Shown here piece by piece: positions 57,426-64,000 of a stretch of DNA of 64,000 nucleotides. The first letter of the stretch is position 1; every line of letters begins with the position of its first letter. This DNA comes from Eledone cirrhosa (taxonomy: Eukaryota), in contig OZ024741.1 of NCBI GenBank assembly GCA_964016885.1, forward strand, positions 210,242,001 through 210,306,000. Direction: 5' to 3'. The position numbers were made by a program, and so were the translations under genes. The notes under the pieces were generated by a model. It saw only the letters and a program-made list of their open reading frames with translations, did not search any database and was not told where the DNA came from.

Positions 57426-57835
57426 GGAAAGAGAGAGGACGACTGAGAATCAGAGATAATTCGAGATAGAAAAGGGAGGGAGATAGACAGAGATGGAGAG
57501 AGCAAGAGATATATAGATAGAAGAAAGAGAGAAAGAGGGAGGGATAGAGAGAGAGAGAAAGAGCGGGAGACGTAGTGTTAGTGAGACAGTGAGGTAAAAG
57601 GAGAGGATGAACGTGAATTAGAGAGTTACATAATTAGATAGACAGACAGATACATAGACATATATATATATATATATATTTTATATATATATATATAAGT
57701 TGTAATATAATGAAACGAAATTTCATTTCTCACTCTTAGTACGGCACTTACTTAAATGTAAGTATGTATGTATACGTACATACATATATGTATACAGACG
57801 TACAGTAGCATGCATACGGGTATACAGAAGGGTAT

Positions 57836-57878
57836 ACGGTGCTGATGATAGCTAAGAAGCTTGAAACTAGTACATCGT
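57836..57878 (+). ncRNA. Minimal type I hammerhead, canonical core
   Basis: acggtg CTGATGA tagc-taagaa-gctt GAAA ctag TA catcgt. Confidence 0.9.
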
Positions 57879-58298
57879 TCCTGTGTCAGTGTTGAACAAA
57901 AAGGTGACGTGGTTGCCTTAACACCGTACGGCATAAATCAGGCTGTCCGTTTGTTTACAAATGGACAAAGCGGGCGTTATAATAAACGTCCACTAAACTG
58001 ATACGTACATATATATATATATGTGTACCTGTATGTATATATATATGTATATATATATATGCATGCTACTGTACGTCTGTATACATATATGTATGTACGT
58101 ATACATACATACTTACATTTAAGTAAGTGCCGTACTAAGAGTGAGAAATGAAATTTCGTGTCATTATATTACAACTTATCGTTTTCGGTACGCCTGGCCG
58201 ACTGAACTCACTCGATATGCAAATTAGGCTGCTCAGCCGTTAATTTTCATAAGGAAAGTATATACTTTCGAACGTTCAACTATCTGGCAGAAGGGTAT

Positions 58299-58341
58299 AC
58301 GGTGGTGATGATAGCTAAGAAGCTTGAAACTAGTACATCGT
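58299..58341 (+). ncRNA. Tandem copy of the minimal hammerhead, C3G substitution
   Basis: acggtg GTGATGA tagctaagaagctt GAAA ctag TA catcgt. Confidence 0.8.
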
Positions 58342-58496
58342 TCCTGTGTCAGTGTTGAACAAAAAGGTGACGTGGTTGCCTTAACACCGTACGGCATAAA
58401 TCAGGCTGTCCGTTTGTTAACAAACAGACAAAGCGGGCGTTATAATAAACGTCCGCTAAACTGATACGTACATATATATATATGTGTACCTGTATG

Positions 58497-58576
<80 letters not shown>

Positions 58577-58626
58577 TGCTACTGTACGTCTGTATACATA
58601 TATGTATGTACGTATACATACATACT

Positions 58627-58709
<83 letters not shown>

Positions 58710-58815
58710 TATATATATATATACACATATTAAATATATTTATATATGTATATATATATATGTATACATATATATATATATATTTAATGTGTGTATATAT
58801 ATATACACATATTAA

Positions 58816-58920
<105 letters not shown>

Positions 58921-59078
58921 TATAGAGATTACAAGAGAGATATAGAGATAGAGAGGGGGTTGGAGAGGCGATAGGGAGGAGATAGTGAGGAAAGTGGGAG
59001 AGAAAGAATGAGAGAGATAGATAGATAGATAGAGAGGGAGAGGGAGACAGAGCATGAGAGATAGATAGATAGATAGAT

Positions 59079-59110
<32 letters not shown>

Positions 59111-59844
59111 GGAGAGATAGATAGATAGAGAGAGAGAAAGAGGGAGAGAGATAGGGCGAGGGAGGTGAATGACAGTGAAGTTCATGATGTGATTGTTGAT
59201 ATTATTTATAGATGGTTTCTTGTGAGAGAGGGCTGTGGTCGGTACTGGGCGGTGGAGTGAAGTACCTGCTCCCCCACACACAGGGAACTACGTGTACAGC
59301 ATCAACAATTCTCTCTCTTCTTCTCCTTCTCATCCTTCTAGTCAGCTTCATCATCGATCCAGCCACCCATTGGACAAACCTGTCACCACCCCATCGTCAC
59401 CACCCCACCGTCACCACCTCACCGTCGCCTCCACTGTCCCCACCCGCCACTTCACGGTCACCACCCACTCCATCCGTCCCCACTTCACCCTCTCCCCATC
59501 ACCGTCACCACCCACCCCGCCGTCCCCACTTCACTGTCTCCCCATCAACGTCACCACCTCACCGTCCCCCCGTCCCCACCAACCCCACATCACGGTCCCC
59601 CCCCTTCCCCGTCAACACCTCGCCCCACCGTCCCCACTTCACTGCCTCCCCATCACCGTCCCCCACCTCACCCCCCACCACCCTGTCCAATCCATTCTAC
59701 AAAATATTACGTAACGTTAATCTCATTTCTCAACACCATCGAAACAAACAATCAACGACCATTTCTCACTCAGCCTCCTTCCCCGCCCCTCCTCCTCCTC
59801 CTCCTCCTACTACTACCACTACCACTACCACTACCACCACCACC

Positions 59845-59920
<76 letters not shown>

Positions 59921-60321
59921 CCCCTTTCCACCCGCCTCCTCCTTTTCCTTATATCTTCTAAATTCTTTCACCACTTCCATTTCCTTGTTGTTGTTGCTGC
60001 ACTTCTCCGTCCTCCCCCGCCTTCTCCCCAACCGGCCTAGCTCTCTAGTCGTTCCCCGCCCCTCCTTCGCCTCCTTCATTTCCTCCATTACTTTCTCTTC
60101 TATCCCCCTCCTCCCCCACCCCTCCTCCTCATAGCTTCTTAGTCCTTCTTCCATTTCCTCTCTCTCCATCTCCTCCACATCCTCCTGTTCATCCTACTCC
60201 CCTCTCTCCTCTTACTCTCCCACCCCTCCTCCTCCTTCTATTGTACCTCCTCCTACTCTGCTCCCTCATAGATTTATCCAACAAACAGCCACTTCCTGTT
60301 CAATCCCTTCCCACAATCCAG

Positions 60322-60808
60322 CGTAATCTTCCGTGGTATACGACGCAAGTTTTCCCTTTTTTTCCATATTTGTTTTGGGGGTGCGACGTATATACCAAAT
60401 CTAAATGTTATATACTAAAACCTAGACTTTTCCAGACATTTTTCTTGTCAAAAAGGGGTGCATGTTATACACCAAACCTAGGCTGTTTATGAAATTTTTC
60501 TGATAAAAAGAGTGCGTGTTATACACCAAACCTAGGCTGTTCAAGACATTTTTCTGATAAAAAAAAGTGTGCGTGTTATACACCAAACTTAGGCTGTTCA
60601 AGACATGTTTCTTGTCAAAAAGGGATGCGTGTTATACACCAAACCTAGGCTGTTCGAGACATTTTTCTGATAAAACAGTGTGCGTGTTATACACCAAACC
60701 TAGGCTTTTCCAGGCATTTGTGTATAACGCGAATTCATGTAAAACGGATTCGCGTTTTACATGAATTCGCGTTATACACAAATGCGTGTTATACACGGAA
60801 GAATACGG
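60322..60808. mobile_element. pogo/Tc1-mariner-type MITE with internal ~58-bp tandem repeats
   Basis: Imperfect TIRs cgtaatcttccgtggtatacgacgca / tgcgtgttatacacggaagaatacgg + TA; internal gtgcgtgttatacaccaaacctaggctgtt repeats. Confidence 0.7.
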
Positions 60809-61499
60809 TATTTCACGACGTTCAGCTCATCACGCAACGCTAAGACACAATCGACGACTTCCATATATCACCCCCACACCGTGAGGCTACTCTTCTTCTT
60901 CTTCTTCTTCTTCTTCTTCTTCTTCTTCTTCTTCTTCTTCTTCTTCTTCTTCTTCTTCTTCTTCTTCACATCATCATTATCACCATCGCTATCACCGTCG
61001 TCATCAGCATCATCATTGCTGTCATCATCATCATCATCATCATCATCACTACCACGTCCACCATCAGGATAGACACCCCCCACCACCACCCACGCCCATC
61101 AGGACCAATACCATCAACACAACCATCACCACCATCATGACCAACAACACCATAACCACCATCATGACGAACACCACCACCACCGCCAGCATCAACAGGA
61201 GCACTACAACCACTATGGTGTAGGTGGTGGTGGTGGTGATGGTGGTAGAAGCGAAACATGATCGGTACATCCATACATACATCCATACATACATACATAT
61301 ATACATACATATATACATACATATATACATATATACATATATACATACATACATATATACATACATCCATCCACACATACATACGTATAGCTGACAATTA
61401 TCTGAAGGCTATACGATCTAAAGGTGTAGAAATGACATTTGAAACGCTTACTATTTTGTTATGTTTCAGCTGTCACATTGCTATCATATAACAAACATC

Positions 61500-64000
61500 T
61501 AAAACCACGCAATCAAGATACAAACAAAGAGTCTGAACCAGCGTAGGATGCGAAATTTAAAAAGCAAAATTTTGTCTCTGAGACGAAGTATCTCACACAT
61601 CGCAGTCGTTATGAAATGCAACATAGAGAGCAACTTCATACGACACCAGGAAGACCTAAAAAAAGTTAGAGAGACGATTTGGAGATACAAAATTTAAAAC
61701 TTTAAACTCCAAATTACACCAGTTGAAACAACAACTCACAGCTACAACAGAAAGACTAAAATATAAGTCAACAGCACATAAACGACAAGTACTAAATAGA
61801 TTGTTTGACAGAGATCCTAAATCAGTTTATGGCAGCTTCGGTGGCAAAAGCTCAATCTCTGTAAATGACACCCCTTCAAAATAACAGGTTGAGAGCTACT
61901 GGAGATCTGTATGGGAAACGGATGACGGATTCAACAGACAAACTAATTGGCTAAAAGAACTGGAACAGGACTACTGCCAACATGTCCAGACAAAACAATA
62001 TTTCATAGATGGATCAATACTGGAAACAGCTCTACAGAAAATGTCGAATAGGAAATCACCAGGCCCAGACCTCATTACAGGATACTGGTTGATGAATTTC
62101 ACTTTCTATTGACAAGATCTCATACGGCTGTTTACAGAAACCCTTAAAGGCACACAAGAACTGCACAGATGGTTATCAACTGCCACTACTCTCCTCATTC
62201 CCCAAAATAGCCAAACCACCCTTGCTAAAAATTACCGCCCAATAGCCTGCCAGAACATCATGTATAAATTATCCACTGGGTGCCTTAACGTGTTCTTACA
62301 GGATCACTGTGCTACCAACAACACCATAACACCTGAGCAAGCTGGTGGAAAGAGGGAGGTGTAGGGTTGCATAGATCACCTACTAACTAATAAAATGATT
62401 CAAGAAAAAAACAACAAAGAATCGCAGAAACATGACTGTGGTGTGGTTGGACTATCAAAATGCATTTGATAGTGTACCTCATGGGTGGATTGTTAAGGCT
62501 TTACAGTTAGCCAAAGTCCCACAACCACTGGTAGCTGCTGTTGAACACCTGACCAAGAACTGGTACACCAATTTGATCCTTAGAGGTGAGAAGGAGCAAG
62601 TTAAGACTGATAAGATACATTACCAGAAGGGCACCTTTCAGGGTGATAGCTTGTCAGTGCTACTCTTCGTTCTCTCACTAAATCCACTATCTTACCTACT
62701 CAGGAAACAAGGTGGGCAAAGAAGTGGGTCCAGAAGTATCTCCCATCTTTTCTTTGTCGATGACCTAAAGTTGTATGGGCCAAATATCAATGACACCAAG
62801 AAACAATTGGATCTCATTTCACAATTTTCAACAGACATCAAAATGAAATTTGGTGAATCCAAGTGTGCATATTTGGCAGTAAAACGTGGAAGAGCTGTGC
62901 CCTCCTCTAGAAATCTAGAGATGAACGGCCTGACAATACAACCTCTACAGTCAGGTGATAACTACAGATATCTTGGACAGGATGAGAATGTCAGATATGT
63001 TGGACCCATAAATAAGGAGATAGCAAGTCCTGAATACCTTAGAAGAGTTAAGAAAATATGGTCATCAGAACTGTCAGCTTACAATAAATAGATTGCCCAC
63101 AATACTTATGCTGTGCCAATTCTAATGCCAACATTTGGCCTGCTGAACTTGTCATTGCAAGAACTAAGTGAGATGGATGTTAGAACTCGCAAACTTCTCA
63201 GTATTACTGGGAACTTTAACATCAATGGTGATGTGGATAGGCTATACTTCTCACGCAAGGAAGGTGGCCGGGGTCTAAAATCCATATTAACATCATATGA
63301 GACCCGGATAGTAACACTGAAGCAACATCTTCAACAGAGGAAAAAGGTTGGCAGCCATCTTGCCCAGGTTTATGGGCATGAACAAAAAATCATTAGAATA
63401 ACTACTGATCTGGAGGAGAGATATGGAATAAAGCCTGATATAAATCTCTCACCCAAAGAAATCGGAAGATCCTATTCAATGTTCAAACAAGATGAAAAAA
63501 TTGACCAATTTACAGAAAAAGTTGTGCATGGATACTTGAGGCGTAAAACACAGACCACAGAGGGGATAAACCACTCAAAAAGCCTGGCATGGAGTTCCGA
63601 CAAGTTTATGACATCACACCTTGAGGGATATCTCTATGCAATACAGGAACAAGAAATCTCTACCAAATATCTGCTGCACAAAAGGGGAGGGCCATCAGCT
63701 GACAATAAATGTAGGCTATGTAAAACAAAGATCGAGGATGTAAGCCACATTGTTGCCAGCTGCGAAAGAATGTCATCACGCTACTACCTCCCCATGAGAC
63801 ACGATGGGACAGCTAGAACCATCTGGAATGCACTTCGGAAAACAAAATTAACAACAAACGAGGAAGAATATATTGAGACAGATGGCACTAAGGAATACTG
63901 GTGGAACCTGAAAATAAAAACTGCCACCAAATTAAAGCACAACCGACTTGATATTGTTGTTTGGGAGCACACATTGAAAACGTGTTCTGTTGTGGAGATG
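61500..64000 (+). pseudogene. Second, divergent R4/Dong-clade retrotransposon ORF, running off the window end
   Basis: RKSPGPD; KNYRPIAC; WLDYQNAFDSVPH; GTFQGDSLS; HLFFVDDLKLY; RKEGGRGL; CRLC..EDVSHIVASC; RHD; HNRLDIVVW; several in-frame stops and frameshifts. Confidence 0.92.

Larger units (their letters stand above)
57695..58630 (+). mobile_element. Non-coding HHR cassette: 122-bp inverted cap plus two tandem HHR-bearing units
   Basis: 57695-57816 is the reverse complement of 58058-58179; 57826-58117 repeats at 58289-58630. Confidence 0.9.

Overview
This is AT-rich, repeat-saturated eukaryotic DNA. The SINE families and (TA)n/(CA)n density are most consistent with a cephalopod (Octopus-like) intergenic or intronic region; this is inference from repeat recognition. 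I cannot support any host protein-coding gene, and almost all listed ORFs are microsatellite read-throughs. Recognisable mobile content: two R4/Dong-clade non-LTR retrotransposons (13.9-16.9 kb and 61.5-64 kb, both disrupted); one near full-length Penelope-like element (PLE; RT + GIY-YIG) plus several fragments; Tx1/L1-like and CRE-like LINE fragments; about 25 tRNA-derived SINE copies; Tc1/mariner-, pogo- and piggyBac-type MITEs; a probable non-autonomous Helitron; and several satellites. The main hidden signal, found by manual folding on both strands, is about 20 type I hammerhead ribozyme (HHR) motifs from roughly 10 sequence-unrelated families. Five have a fully canonical core. Most have a palindromic minimal stem III. 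Several have very long stem II rods, and some carry recurrent core variants (U3-A8 covariation, U4A). Two sit in tandem, inverted or circularly permuted non-coding cassettes resembling PLE pLTRs or retrozymes. All structures are hand-folded and none has been tested; element boundaries are approximate.
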